64,000 bases of DNA, from positions 132,990,001 through 133,054,000 of the forward strand of contig OX597819.1 in assembly GCA_951406725.2 (NCBI GenBank). Direction: 5' to 3'. Source of the DNA: Octopus vulgaris. Taxonomy: Eukaryota. Position numbers and translations under genes: made by a program. The first letter of the stretch is position 1; every line of letters starts with the position of its first letter. The notes below the pieces were generated by a model. That model made no database searches, had not been told where the DNA came from, and saw nothing but the letters and a program-made list of their open reading frames with translations. Shown here piece by piece: positions 1 through 12,009 of the stretch.

Positions 1-518
1 ATGCAAATAGGCCAGACATCATATTGAAAGACTTCAGACAAAGAACATGCCTCCTCATTGATGTGACTATCTCAATCGATATAAACGTATATGTCAAGAC
101 CTACCAAAAACTGAGCAAATATAAAGATCTTGAAGTAGAAATCAGCAAAATGTGGAACCTGAAGTCTAAAACAATACCTGTTGTCATAGGTGCCCTGGGA
201 ATGATAGCGAAAGGGGGTGATTGCTACCTAGCTCAGATACCAGGAAACCCCAAAATGGCAGAAATTCAAAAGATAGTGCTCATGGGAACTGCTCATATTC
301 TACGCAAAATACTTTCTATGTAATCTCAAGTTTTAAAACAAACATAATTTTCGTTTTTTGTTCTTTTTAGACATTCACTAGTACAACCCTAAATACAAAA
401 CCAAATATATGGCACACTAGGCATAACACCAACATGAACTTCCAACCTGTTGTCTCTTGGGGTCTCTGGGTTAGACTTGGAGCCAACTTGTAGAAATATA
501 AAGCAAAAGTCAAACATA

Positions 519-519
<1 letters not shown>
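1..519 (+). mobile_element. 3' end of R4/Dong-like non-LTR retrotransposon (RLE endonuclease domain + 3' UTR)
   Basis: Translation NRPDIILKD...CLLIDV...KYKDLEVEISKMW...IPVVIGALG...IQKIVLMGTAHILRKIL is a PD-(D/E)xK RLE C-terminus; the 3' UTR runs directly into (TAA)n. Confidence 0.85.

Positions 520-569
<50 letters not shown>
520..569. repeat. (TAA)n microsatellite, tail/target between two Dong-like copies
   Basis: Direct reading. Confidence 0.95.
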
Positions 570-570
<1 letters not shown>

Positions 571-1235
571 TGGAGTATAAATTAAGACATGACAGAGTTG
601 GCCAATATCTCCAATGGCTAATAAGTCGGCATTACAATATCAAAACTGCCGACAAGTGGTATAATCACCACCCTGAGGCTGTAACTGAAGGAGAAAATGT
701 AACCATTCTGTGGGACTTTCCAGTACATACAGACCGAACCATCAAGGCCAATAAACCAGATATTGTTGTGAAAGACCAAAACAATAAAGTTTGCTTATTG
801 ATCGACATGAGCATCCCCTGTGATCATAATATCTCAGCGAAAGAGCTTGACAAGCTCAGAAAATATAAAGACCTACTCATTGAAATTGAGAAAATGTGGC
901 ATCTCAAGGCGGTTACAATACCAGTGATCGTGGGAGCACTAGGAATGATCAAGAAGGGAACCGAAAATTATATGAGAATGATCCCTGGCTTACCATCCCT
1001 GCAAGAAGTGCAAAAGATTGTCTTAACTGGTACATCACACGTATTGAGAAGAGCATTGTCGATGTGAGAACTGTTACTGCTCATGTATTTTAATTTAACT
1101 TAAAAAAAAAAAATGAACGAACTACTGAGTTTGGTTTAATGGCCTACCAATGTATACTATGAGTTTCTTTGCCCTAGGAGTCGGGAAGACACTCGGCAAG
1201 AAATGGAAGCAAATTTGAAAGAAGAAAAAAGAAGC

Positions 1236-1267
<32 letters not shown>
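570..1267 (+). mobile_element. 5'-truncated R4/Dong-like LINE, second subfamily (RLE domain, 3' UTR, TAA tail)
   Basis: ORF 570-1067: RHDRV..ILWDFPVHTDRTIKANKPDIVV..LIDMSIP..KYKDL..IPVIVGALG; (TAA)n on both sides. Confidence 0.9.
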
Positions 1268-1269
<2 letters not shown>

Positions 1270-1863
1270 GCAACAATAGCAGCAACAGCAGCATAACAAC
1301 GGCAGCAAGGACAACAACAGCAATATTAATCATGATATGATCTAATGAGGAAGTGAAGCCGTGTGACAACTCTCCCTCGTGATTTTCAAAGAGAGGAATA
1401 AATTTATATATAAATTCATTTGTGCATTTCTATTTCTCTAGAAGAGCTTGGAACCATCTTCTCGTCATTGGAAATTCAGTATTAAAAGAGTTCTGGCCAC
1501 CGTGCTGCGAACATTCGATTACTCTTTTAGATTCCCGATGTCGATATCAATAGAAGCTACGCTTTTAGGGCTCTTCTTTTTTTTTGTCGTGATTTTTCTG
1601 TGCTTCATCGATCTTTTATCGGTGACACAAAATTCGAAATTACTTTTGATTTTCAAACATATGCACAGACTCACACACGCACGCAAACACGCACACACAC
1701 ACACACACACACACATTCACATACGTATACTCTAAGAAAGATACACACACTAATACACACACGTGTGCACATACACATTCTGAATACACATTCACACACT
1801 CACACACACTCAGTCATACTCGCACATAGGAGCACTCACATATCCTGACATTCCCCTTGTGTG

Positions 1864-1898
<35 letters not shown>

Positions 1899-1956
1899 AT
1901 TAAATAAACGCACATCGATACCCGATACATATATACATATACACATTTACCAACTG

Positions 1957-1987
<31 letters not shown>

Positions 1988-2048
1988 GTATATATACACA
2001 TTATATATGTACGTAAATGCAAACATACACACACGGATATATATATAT

Positions 2049-2459
2049 TCTTTTTTTCTTTTTCTTTTATTTGTTTCAGTCATTTGACTGTGGCCATGCA
2101 GGAGCACTACCTGTAGTCGATTAAATCGACCCCAGGACTTATTCGTTGTAAACCTAGTACTTATTCTATCGGCCTCTTTTGCCGAACCGCTAAATTATGG
2201 GGACGTAAACACATCAACATTGGTTGACAAGCTATAGTGGGGGAAAACGCAAACACATACATAAAGACACACACACACACACTCATATATATATACGACG
2301 GGCTTCTTTCAGTTTCCGTCTACCAAATCCACCCACAAAGATTTGGTCGTCCCGAGGCTATAATAGAAGACACTTCCCCAAGTTGCCACGGAGTGGGACT
2401 GACCCCGGAACTATGTAGTATGTAAGCATGCTACCTACCACACAGCCACTCCTGCGCCT
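2049..2459 (-). mobile_element. tRNA-headed SINE with internal (CA)n
   Basis: Minus strand starts with a tRNA-like head GGCGCAGGAGTGGCTGTGTGGT..GGTCAGTCCC; tail GCATGGCCACAGTCAAATGACTGAAAC is shared with several other copies in the window. Confidence 0.8.
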
Positions 2460-2980
2460 ATATATATATTTATACACAAACACACACACACACATACACA
2501 CACATGCATACACGCACACACACATGATCTTGCGTATGACTTTAAACTGCATCCAGTAGTGGATCGGAGTAGCAGCACTTGTTAGGGTTGCAGTTATGGG
2601 TTAACTATCTCTAAACCACTGGAAGTGAAGAACTCCAAGTTCTCGTTAGAACTCCATTCTGAATGTGAAACACGTATAAAAAAAATATTTATGAAGTGCA
2701 GTTGGTTTCTGGTTGTCTGCCCCTCTGTTGTGCCACTTTTGTTTGCGCAGAAAAGCGGTGTCAGTGCTGTGCACCACGTCATTTATGCATAGAAACTGCT
2801 TGGGTTCTCAGAACAGTTGCACAGATTTATTGAGCTTAGCAAGTGGTCTTACTCGGTCACGAGCTGACGTTCACAATATATACAGAAATGCATAAAGAAT
2901 AATGAATAGCCTGCAAAATATGGAGTAACCCTTTAGATTAATGTAAAATTATTTTTATTATAACTGAGCATAAAGCAGTA

Positions 2981-3272
2981 AAGGTGAAGAATGGCTATGG
3001 GATTGCAGTTAGAAAGTTACCCTTCGAGGCACAAGTCCGGAAGACCAGCAGTATTCCAAGCACACTAGCCTTCCCTCTACACTCTACCGATGTTATCCAA
3101 AGGAAAAGCAAAGGCCGATACAGCTTGGAACCTGTCACATCGCAACTGATTTCTACAGCTGTGGGAACTGGAGCAACGTGAAAAACTGCACATTGCCCGG
3201 CACCGGAATCGAAATCGCTACCGCATGATTGTTAGTCCGACGCTCTAGCCACTGAGCCAAGCGCCTTCACAC
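2981..3272 (-). mobile_element. tRNA-headed SINE (second family)
   Basis: Head GTGAAGGCGCTTGGCTCAGTGGCTAGAGCG...TTCGATTCC with A/B boxes; similar heads at 40344 and 55690. Confidence 0.7.
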
Positions 3273-3729
3273 AAAACTGAACACTAAAAACAAATATTAA
3301 TATTGGCAATAAAGCAGTATTCTGTGTTCTAACGCAACATTCATTTTGGAGTGGGGATAAATAGTATCGTTTGATAATACTACTGCTTTTAGTGTTATGG
3401 TTTAGTATTAATACTACCAGAATAGACACTGAAATTCTATGTATTTCGCTGACAGAGGATTCACTGCTATGTCTAGCCTCGGTTGTGTGCCATTAACGAG
3501 GCGAAGGAAGACCGAAATGACGTGATCTGTCAGCCCGGGGGTGATAGAAGAGGATTATCTCCCGCTAGTGATATAAATACGAGTGATTGTATGCACCACA
3601 AGTTCATACTAGAGATATTCCCATGGCAACCATCGTAGTATTTTGTGTTCTAACACAATATCCACCTTTAAATGAGGTTAAATAAGTTGCTATTAATTAT
3701 ATAAGATATATATATATACATACATACGT

Positions 3730-3797
<68 letters not shown>

Positions 3798-3962
3798 TAT
3801 ATACATGCATGTATATAAATTAGAGAAGAACCACCATGAAGTAATTCAACAATGATATACTTAAATCATACCATATAGAAAAAAATTAAAGATACGCTGA
3901 AACATTTAACTAAAACTAAATAAAGTACTAAATAATAAATAATAGTATATAATTAGTAAATA

Positions 3963-4043
3963 CACTACACGTGTTTCGTGGTTATATTTTCAAATTGATA
4001 ACAATAAAATCAATTCAATTTAAATATAGACACTCATCAGGTC
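3963..4043 (-). ncRNA. Hammerhead ribozyme motif (type I, weak helix I) in an AT-rich element next to a (TA)n/(CA)n tract
   Basis: Minus strand CUGAUGA-[GUG..UAUAUUU..AAAUUGA / UCAAUUU..AAAUAUA..CAC]-GAAAC-ACGU-GUA; palindromic helix III ACACGUGU; only 2 bp of helix I visible. Confidence 0.55.
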
Positions 4044-5097
4044 AAAAACAATAAAATAATCAAATAAATGTACGTATATTAATCTAATAAGAAAAGACAG
4101 ATATATAGAAAAATACGTAATTTTACAATAAAAAATCGAACAAAATACAACAATATATCTTAAAATAAAAACATGACTTATCTTATTGAATATATTCTAT
4201 TAACTAAATCTTTATACTTAATAATTAGGACTTAGTATTTATAAGAAATTTATCTCGTTAAAGACCTGGTGTAAATAAAAATATAATAAATAGATAGAAA
4301 TATGTATTTTATCTATGAAAATACATTTTAGCTTATAGAAGAGAATAACAAACTATAGTATATCATTACTGGAAAGTTAAAGTACAAGTAATTAAAACAA
4401 AATATGTATAACAAAATATTTAAAATACATAATACACATTAGTGAAGCTAAAATTCTATAATTTAATCTATTTCCATTAAATTATTTTATTTATGTATTT
4501 ATTTAATAAACATCTAATTTGAATCTTATTCTAATTACGTAATATATACAAAACAACTTCATGCTAACTTGTATACATAATACTACTACAAACTATAACT
4601 ACAAGAATTAGAAGTAGAAAAATGGTTCGAATATATACACACAAATTAGTTAAAATTGTTATATAATTAATTCAATTTATGTATAGATTTAATATTTCAC
4701 TCATTTATAGTATTAACCAAAGTTTCTATTATTATTAACAATATTTACTTAAATGTAATATTATATAACAATTCGATAAGATTTTGTCCTACAAAACTAT
4801 TCCCCAAAGTAAATTATATGTAATACGTTAAGGTATTACAAGATAGTAACAACAACAGCAACAACAACAACAACAACAGCAATAATAATAATAAGTAAGT
4901 AAATATACGTATCGTAACTTATAATTAATAAATAACAATATAGAAATCAATATTTTTACAACCAAAAAAAATCAAAGTTCAACAATATATATATACATAT
5001 ATACATACATATATATATATATGCATATATAAATAATATACATACATACATACATGCACACATACACACATACATATAAATATATATATATATATAT

Positions 5098-6200
5098 ACT
5101 AGCAGAGATACCCGGCGTTGACCGGTTACATTCAATTGAAGAATTAGACTTTTCTGTTATATTTTCTGAATGAACTGGAATATCTATGTTTCGAATTTAA
5201 TCAAAATTGCAGATGAGGGTTATTTCCCTCTTTACACACCCTAAAAAAATTGTAATCGTGCCACATGGAGAGCAAAAGACGAATGATCACAATAAGCAGT
5301 CAGTTACCCTACCCTAGACGTTACCACTCCCAATGCAGGATTCCTCACCATCCAGGTGACAGGCACAGCCGTAAGATGCATTACGAATCTATAGCAATTG
5401 GAAGGGCGTGACCCAACTGAAATCAACATTAACAACTGTGTGGGGTGAGGGCTTAGGAGAAATTAAAGTGTCACCTCTGGAGCTTGCAAATGACCACTAT
5501 ACTGATACATAACTGGACAGAATGAATTTACAATCTATAAACGTCTTTGAATAACCAGTCACTCATCTGGGAAGGCCTTGAAATCAATGTTTCCATATGG
5601 GGACTATGTGTGACCGAGTGATAATAAAAAGACTGAAAGGAGGTCTGCAATCAAATAACTTTACTCAACACTTTGCAACTGAATCAATGGAGACAAAGAT
5701 GCCTCTCATTTACTTAGCAATTTATGCACCACATTGCAGAAATCACAATGTAAGTGTATGTCAAACCAAACTGTTACACTGTTGTACCATTGAATTAGAA
5801 ATAATGCCCAACTTTTATGCTCGGGTAACCCTACAGCTGACAAGAGCACAACTGTATTCGATTTTGCTTAGATTAAATGACAAAATTGTGGGTGTTAAGT
5901 CCCCATGGAGGGGTCTTTCTAACTTTGTAAGAAGATTAAATTTTATAAATATTACTTCATTTGTGTCTAATATCTAGGGTTAAAATTTCATGAACAGCAA
6001 AAATATATGAATTGTTATGGGGGTTATGGCCCTTATGTTTAGAATATAATTTCCAAATTTCATAAAGAGCCATTCAGTACTTTTGACCTAGTTTTGGCTC
6101 ATAAAAGAAATGACTAAAATTTTCAAAACCACCGTAATCGCGCCAACTTATCAGCAGCAAATATAAACTGCTGATTCAAGTTCAGAATTAGTCAGAAAAT
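5098..6200 (-). mobile_element. Helitron-like non-autonomous element, 3' portion
   Basis: Minus strand ends CCGGTCAACGCCGGG(hairpin)..CTAG|T, the same terminal style as 32048-32443; inner boundary uncertain. Confidence 0.5.
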
Positions 6201-6202
6201 CA

Positions 6203-6517
6203 TTAATTAATCAATATAGGGTAGCAAAAAATTCAATAGAAATTTTTTCGCCACGGGCGATTAAAAACGTCGAAACAATGCATTGTCTAAAGATGAATAG
6301 GGTAAATGTTTTTTAATTTTCCTTTAATTTCTGAATTACTACTACTTGGCGGTTTCAGTCCTGGCTGCTCTTTCTAGTGGGTCGAATGGCCTATTAAGGC
6401 CGTTCCTCAATTGTTGTTGAATTTATATATATAGTCTCTGACTATTTTCTCTTTCTCACTAGACCGCTGGTGGCGGAAAAATTTCTATTGAATTTTTTGC
6501 TACCCTATATTGATTAA

Positions 6518-6522
<5 letters not shown>
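6203..6522 (+). mobile_element. Short element with ~50-bp terminal inverted arms and the 3' half of a hammerhead, ending in (TA)n
   Basis: 6203-6253 is near reverse complement of 6470-6522; GAAAC-AAUGCAUU-GUC at about 6271-6286. Confidence 0.6.
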
Positions 6523-6578
<56 letters not shown>

Positions 6579-6593
6579 CTATCTATCTATCTA

Positions 6594-6638
<45 letters not shown>

Positions 6639-6647
<9 letters not shown>

Positions 6648-8670
6648 GATAAATGCGATACAATAGAATTAATTATAATCGCCGGTGTACCAGTACATGC
6701 CATATATTATACATATATCATTACATTCAAGGCGAAGAGTGCACTAGATACACAATAGCTGGATAAATTTAGTGAGATGAAAATTAAAAACTTTTACAAA
6801 CTTAACTTTTCTTATACTGCAGTTTCGCCAAATTCAGTAATAAAAATAGTATTTATTTACTCAGGCTGGCTCTTCAGTAAGATTCCTGTTAATAATGGGA
6901 AGACCATATCAATAGACCCATGTGCGTCTATCGAAATGCTCTTTCTAAACTATTCAAAACACTGCGCAGACTCAGAACAAACCCGACAAAATAGGGGATT
7001 GTGGTATATCGTCTAACGGTCAGAAATTTATCGAGAGAATATGTAAACAAAGATAAATGCGATACAATAGAATTAATTATAATCGCCGGTGTACCAGTAC
7101 ATGCCATATATTATACATATATCATTACATTCAAGGCGAAGAGTGCACTAGATACACAATAGCTGGATAAATTTAGTGAGATGAAAATTAAAAACTTTTA
7201 CAAACTTAACTTTTCTTATACTGCAGTTTCGCCAAATTCAGTAATAAAAATAGTATTTATTTACTCAGGCTGGCTCTTCAGTAAGATTCCTGTTAATAAT
7301 GGGAAGACCATATCAATAGACCCATGTGCGTCTATCGAAATGCTCTTTCTAAACTATTCAAAACACTGCGCAGACTCAGAACAAACCCGACAAAATAGGG
7401 GATTGTGGTATATCGTCTAACGGTCAGAAATTTATCGAGAGAATATGTAAACAAAGATAAATGCGATACAATAGAATTAATTATAATCGCCGGTGTACCA
7501 GTACATGCCATATATTATACATATATCATTACATTCAAGGCGAAGAGTGCACTAGATACACAATAGCTGGATAAATTTAGTGAGATGAAAATTAAAAACT
7601 TTTACAAACTTAACTTTTCTTATACTGCAGTTTCGCCAAATTCAGTAATAAAAATAGTATTTATTTACTCAGGCTGGCTCTTCAGTAAGATTCCTGTTAA
7701 TAATGGGAAGACCATATCAATAGACCCATGTGCGTCTATCGAAATGCTCTTTCTAAACTATTCAAAACACTGCGCAGACTCAGAACAAACCCGACAAAAT
7801 AGGGGATTGTGGTATATCGTCTAACGGTCAGAAATTTATCGAGAGAATATGTAAACAAAGATAAATGCGATACAATAGAATTAATTATAATCGCCGGTGT
7901 ACCAGTACATGCCATATATTATACATATATCATTACATTCAAGGCGAAGAGTGCACTAGATACACAATAGCTGGATAAATTTAGTGAGATGAAAATTAAA
8001 AACTTTTACAAACTTAACTTTTCTTATACTGCAGTTTCGCCAAATTCAGTAATAAAAATAGTATTTATTTACTCAGGCTGGCTCTTCAGTAAGATTCCTG
8101 TTAATAATGGGAAGACCATATCAATAGACCCATGTGCGTCTATCGAAATGCTCTTTCTAAACTATTCAAAACACTGCGCAGACTCAGAACAAACCCGACA
8201 AAATAGGGGATTGTGGTATATCGTCTAACGGTCAGAAATTTATCGAGAGAATATGTAAACAAAGATAAATGCGATACAATAGAATTAATTATAATCGCCG
8301 GTGTACCAGTACATGCCATATATTATACATATATCATTACATTCAAGGCGAAGAGTGCACTAGATACACAATAGCTGGATAAATTTAGTGAGATGAAAAT
8401 TAAAAACTTTTACAAACTTAACTTTTCTTATACTGCAGTTTCGCCAAATTCAGTAATAAAAATAGTATTTATTTACTCAGGCTGGCTCTTCAGTAAGATT
8501 CCTGTTAATAATGGGAAGACCATATCAATAGACCCATGTGCGTCTATCGAAATGCTCTTTCTAAACTATTCAAAACACTGCGCAGACTCAGAACAAACCC
8601 GACAAAATAGGGGATTGTGGTATATCGTCTAACGGTCAGAAATTTATCGAGAGAATATGTAAACAAAGAT
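6639..8670 (-). repeat. Head-to-tail array of five 404-bp units (plus 12 bp), retrozyme-like
   Basis: Unit starts at 6639, 7043, 7447, 7851, 8255, 8659; identical 79-aa ORFs at 404-bp spacing in the ORF track; one HHR per unit; left end abuts (TA)n. Confidence 0.95.
6810..6882 (-). ncRNA. Type I hammerhead ribozyme, canonical core (copies also at 7214-7286, 7618-7690, 8022-8094, 8426-8498)
   Basis: UCUUA-CUGAAGA-GCCAG...UUGGC-GAAAC-UGCA-GUA/UAAGA: helix I UCUUA:UAAGA, helix II GCCAG:UUGGC, palindromic helix III ACUGCAGU, GUA cleavage triplet. Confidence 0.88.
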
Positions 8671-9100
8671 GATTGATTGATTGATTGATTCTAGTTTCAG
8701 CTTATGAGCTGTGGCCATGCTGGGGCACCGCCATTTGGTGTTACTACTTGGTTTCACTTCATGAAGGCTTTCTAGCAACTGCTATTTGGTGCATGAGAGA
8801 GTTCGATGCAGCTGCCCTCATCTGCCCCTCCTGCCGTGAAGTTGGTTCATCTGGGACACCTGACAGGAAGAGATCCAGCTTCATTTTAAAGACATCTGTA
8901 TCCACCCCATGCAGGTCTCTCAGGTTCTTCGGGAGGATATTGAAGAGCTGTGGGCCTCGGAAGCCCAGGCTATCACAGAATCTTGTCCTACATCTTGATG
9001 GCAAGTTTGGAGTCCTAGGCACCACGCAGTGGCGCCCAGTTCTGGCATTTGCGTAGCTCTCGATGCCAAAGTTCAGGACACTTCCCTCCAGGATCTTCCA

Positions 9101-9104
<4 letters not shown>
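8668..9104 (-). mobile_element. 3' end of APE-type (CR1/L2-like) LINE with (AATC)n tail
   Basis: WKILEG..N..RGPQLFNILPKNLR..FKMKLDLFLSGVPDEP..AAASNSL is a typical ORF2 C-terminus; (GATT)n at 8668-8690 on the + strand. Confidence 0.8.
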
Positions 9105-9169
<65 letters not shown>

Positions 9170-9207
9170 ATATCTATATATATGGATATATATATATATA
9201 TATATAT

Positions 9208-9940
9208 TTAACAATTGAGGATAAAATCTTTAAAAGAAATTATCAGTAGTCAGCGTGAAAAACCTCGTAAGAGAAAAAATCCGTAAATTCTTCCTCTTTG
9301 AAAATATTCATTTATATTATATTGAGGGTTCTACTATTCGTAGATACCAACACGCTAAGAGGGACCAATGCGGTCAAAACTACTAAAAAAAACAAACTTT
9401 TACCGAATGCAAAAATGGATTAGTAGTACCCTCAATATAATATAAATGAATATTTTCAAAGAGGAAGAATTTACGGATTTTTTCTCTTACGAGGTTTTTC
9501 ACGCTGACTACTGATAATTTCTTTTAAAGATTTTATCCTCAACTGTTAATTTATATTTTTCACCGGAATAGTTCAATACTGAATTTTTATTCCGACTAGA
9601 CAATTTGTTACCGAAATGCATTGCGAATAAGCCCGCCATTTTCATAGATATGTAAAGATAAACATTCGTACATGCTACGACGAATTCTACGGTTGGCTAT
9701 CGAGCTTGTAATGTTATGTTTTTCTCTTATATTTCTTGAGTTTGTTGCACTGATGAACACGAAATGCATATTCTGCATTAAATGCGAAATCACATGTGAT
9801 ATGTAACTGAATTCTTTTTTAAAATGATGTGTTTTGAAGTTTTGCATTCGGTAAAATTTTGTTAATTTTTATTAGTTTTGACCGCATTGGTCCCTCTTAG
9901 CGTGTTGGTATCTACGAATAGTAGTACCCTCAATATAATA
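9208..9940 (+). mobile_element. HHR-bearing non-coding element: inverted 5' arm + 498-bp monomer with terminal redundancy, between (TA)n tracts
   Basis: TAGTAGTACCCTCAATATAAT at both 9421 and 9919; 9208-9413 is the reverse complement of about 9844-9940 joined to 9421-9548. Confidence 0.85.
9744..9807 (+). ncRNA. Type I hammerhead ribozyme
   Basis: GUUGCA-CUGAUGA-(acacga AAUGCA uauuc UGCAUU aaaugc)-GAAAU-CACAUGUG-AUA/UGUAAC; 6-bp helix I, palindromic helix III, first helix II pair is an A.C mismatch. Confidence 0.75.
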
Positions 9941-10029
9941 TATATATATATATATATGGATATATATTGTATTGTATTGTATTGTATGTATCTATCCGGA
10001 TATATATATATATGGATATATATATATAG

Positions 10030-11120
10030 AAACCGGAAGCCCCCCTGTACCAGTGGTTCTACAAAGAAATGAGAAATTAGAAAAACAGAAGAAAAAAGGA
10101 AGGACCGAAAACATAAATAAGGAGGGAAAGGGAAGAAAAGGCAAAACAACCAAAGCTGAAACCCCGACCCACCACACAAACAGCAGAGAACCCCATGGAG
10201 GATCCAATGCCACCCACTACACTTCAGGAAAGAAGAAATTTGGAAGGCACCGATGAACCTGTAAATTCTACTTGTGGGGCAAATGTCGGCATGGTGAGGA
10301 CGGCAAAAACTGCCGGTTCGCCCACCGACACCCCGCCAGAACTTCAGGGGACTCAAAGAGAAGAGCATTACTGAGGGTAGACAAAAGATGTCTCCCAGGA
10401 AAACTTTCAGAAAAGAAGCGTGCTCCTCAGATGTTCTGCGCAACGCAGCAGCTGAGCAAGAGTCTTTTTATGCATGACGCAAATAATTGTCCGGCAACTA
10501 TCCTGGCTACACCAAGCACAGAGAAGAAACCCTGCCCACCACTATGCAAGACCACCACAGTCAACAGACACGGGATTCCCCCCTAACGCCTGTACAGCCG
10601 TCACCCCAATACTTTTACTAAATATTGGGGGCCTGTTGCATCAAAATAGAAACAACATTTCTTTCCTGTGTGATCTTACTGCATGCAATCAAGCCCTATG
10701 CATAGCACTCGTGGAAACTCACCTCAGCCCTGATATAGAGGACGCAAAGGGACATATGCCAGACTATGCCATACTGCGAACAGACAGAAGGGAAAGGAGC
10801 CATGGTGGAGTTGATGTATACATTCGAGATGACCTTACACCCCAGGTCTTAATGACATACTCAAATTCGGTATGTGACACTTTAATTGTATACATAAGAC
10901 AACATAATATAGTCATATGCAATACATATTGCCCAGCAGATGCTCCAAATCACATAGGCACGTTTGAAGATTGCCTCACAAGAATTAAAGAAATCCTCAT
11001 GAATCTGGAACACCACGTGACCATATTTCTTATGGGTGATTTCAACTTCTCCAACGTCAAATAGCCCGAAGGTCTCATACTCTCAGGAATGAATCATTGC
11101 AAGCAAGTACAGGTGGAGTC
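10030..11120 (+). mobile_element. 5' part of APE-type LINE: ORF1 with CCCH zinc finger and start of ORF2 endonuclease (decayed)
   Basis: CKFYLWGKCRHGEDGKNCRFAH at about 10260-10325; LLNIGGL..IALVETHL..ILRTDRRERSHGGV..MGDFNF in ORF 10474-11064. Confidence 0.85.
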
Positions 11121-11839
11121 CAAGTTATATCTTGATATTGCTAGTGATAACAATACTCAAAATATATAACAGACTGGAATTGTAGGCCCGTCTCTTGCAA
11201 TTTCGATCAATTGGATCTTGTCCTCCCTCTTGTATAGAAGTGTACGGCTGCAGCGAAATTCATGTTTGGACTTTCTTCTATCGAAAGTATTTTAACAAAA
11301 AGGTTTCCGTAAAGACGGTGAAAATATTGTCAATTTCCCCAAACAGGGACACAATTCAATTTTTAAACAATAACCTTTCTCCGAAAGGGTGGGTGGGTTA
11401 CGGTTTACAATTATTTAACAAATGCAAGACAACAACGTTTCCCTGACGAGTAACCAACAAATGTGATTACAATAGTCAAACAGTAATAATAATAACAACA
11501 AACCTTTTTAATTTATCCCCATTTATGTGAAACCACTTATTCAATTTCAAGTCATTGATGCAATTTTATACGAAATGCTAATACACACACACACACACAC
11601 ATAATAAGGGTGAAAAATTGAATATTAATTTGATTAATATGAATTGAAAACCAGTGGTGTAGCATATAAGACCTTAGCAGATCTTCTAGCAAAATGGATG
11701 ACCACTGTTAATGGTTCATCCCTGTTATATAATACTTTCACTTTAATAGTTTCAGTATTAAAGTGAAAGTATCTGACATTACAATAGAGAGATGTTTTTG
11801 TTTCACTTTTAACACGTAATACTGAAATAGTGGAGAAGA

Positions 11840-12009
11840 TATGATATTGCTGTGGGGTCGCCCTAGGGAATAGTTAAAATTTGTTTTGCCGACGACACTC
11901 CCCGAACCTTAATTAAGGCATGTGTAAAATTTGAATGAAATTGGTTGTGTAGTTCTCAAGTTTTAGGGAAACACACAGACAGACATTCTCAGTTTTATAT
12001 ATATAGAGA
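11840..12009 (-). mobile_element. Helitron-like non-autonomous element, 5' end
   Basis: Minus strand begins TCTCTATATATATAAAACTGAGAATGTCTGTCTGT, same style as the start at 32048. Confidence 0.5.

Noticed and set aside
6777-8632. Five identical 79-aa ORFs as a tandem gene cluster
   Set aside because: They simply follow the 404-bp repeat, lie antisense to the HHR and have no recognisable domain
11435-11482. CUGACGA + hairpin + GUC as another hammerhead
   Set aside because: The required GAAA is absent (AAUA instead); could be chance or decay
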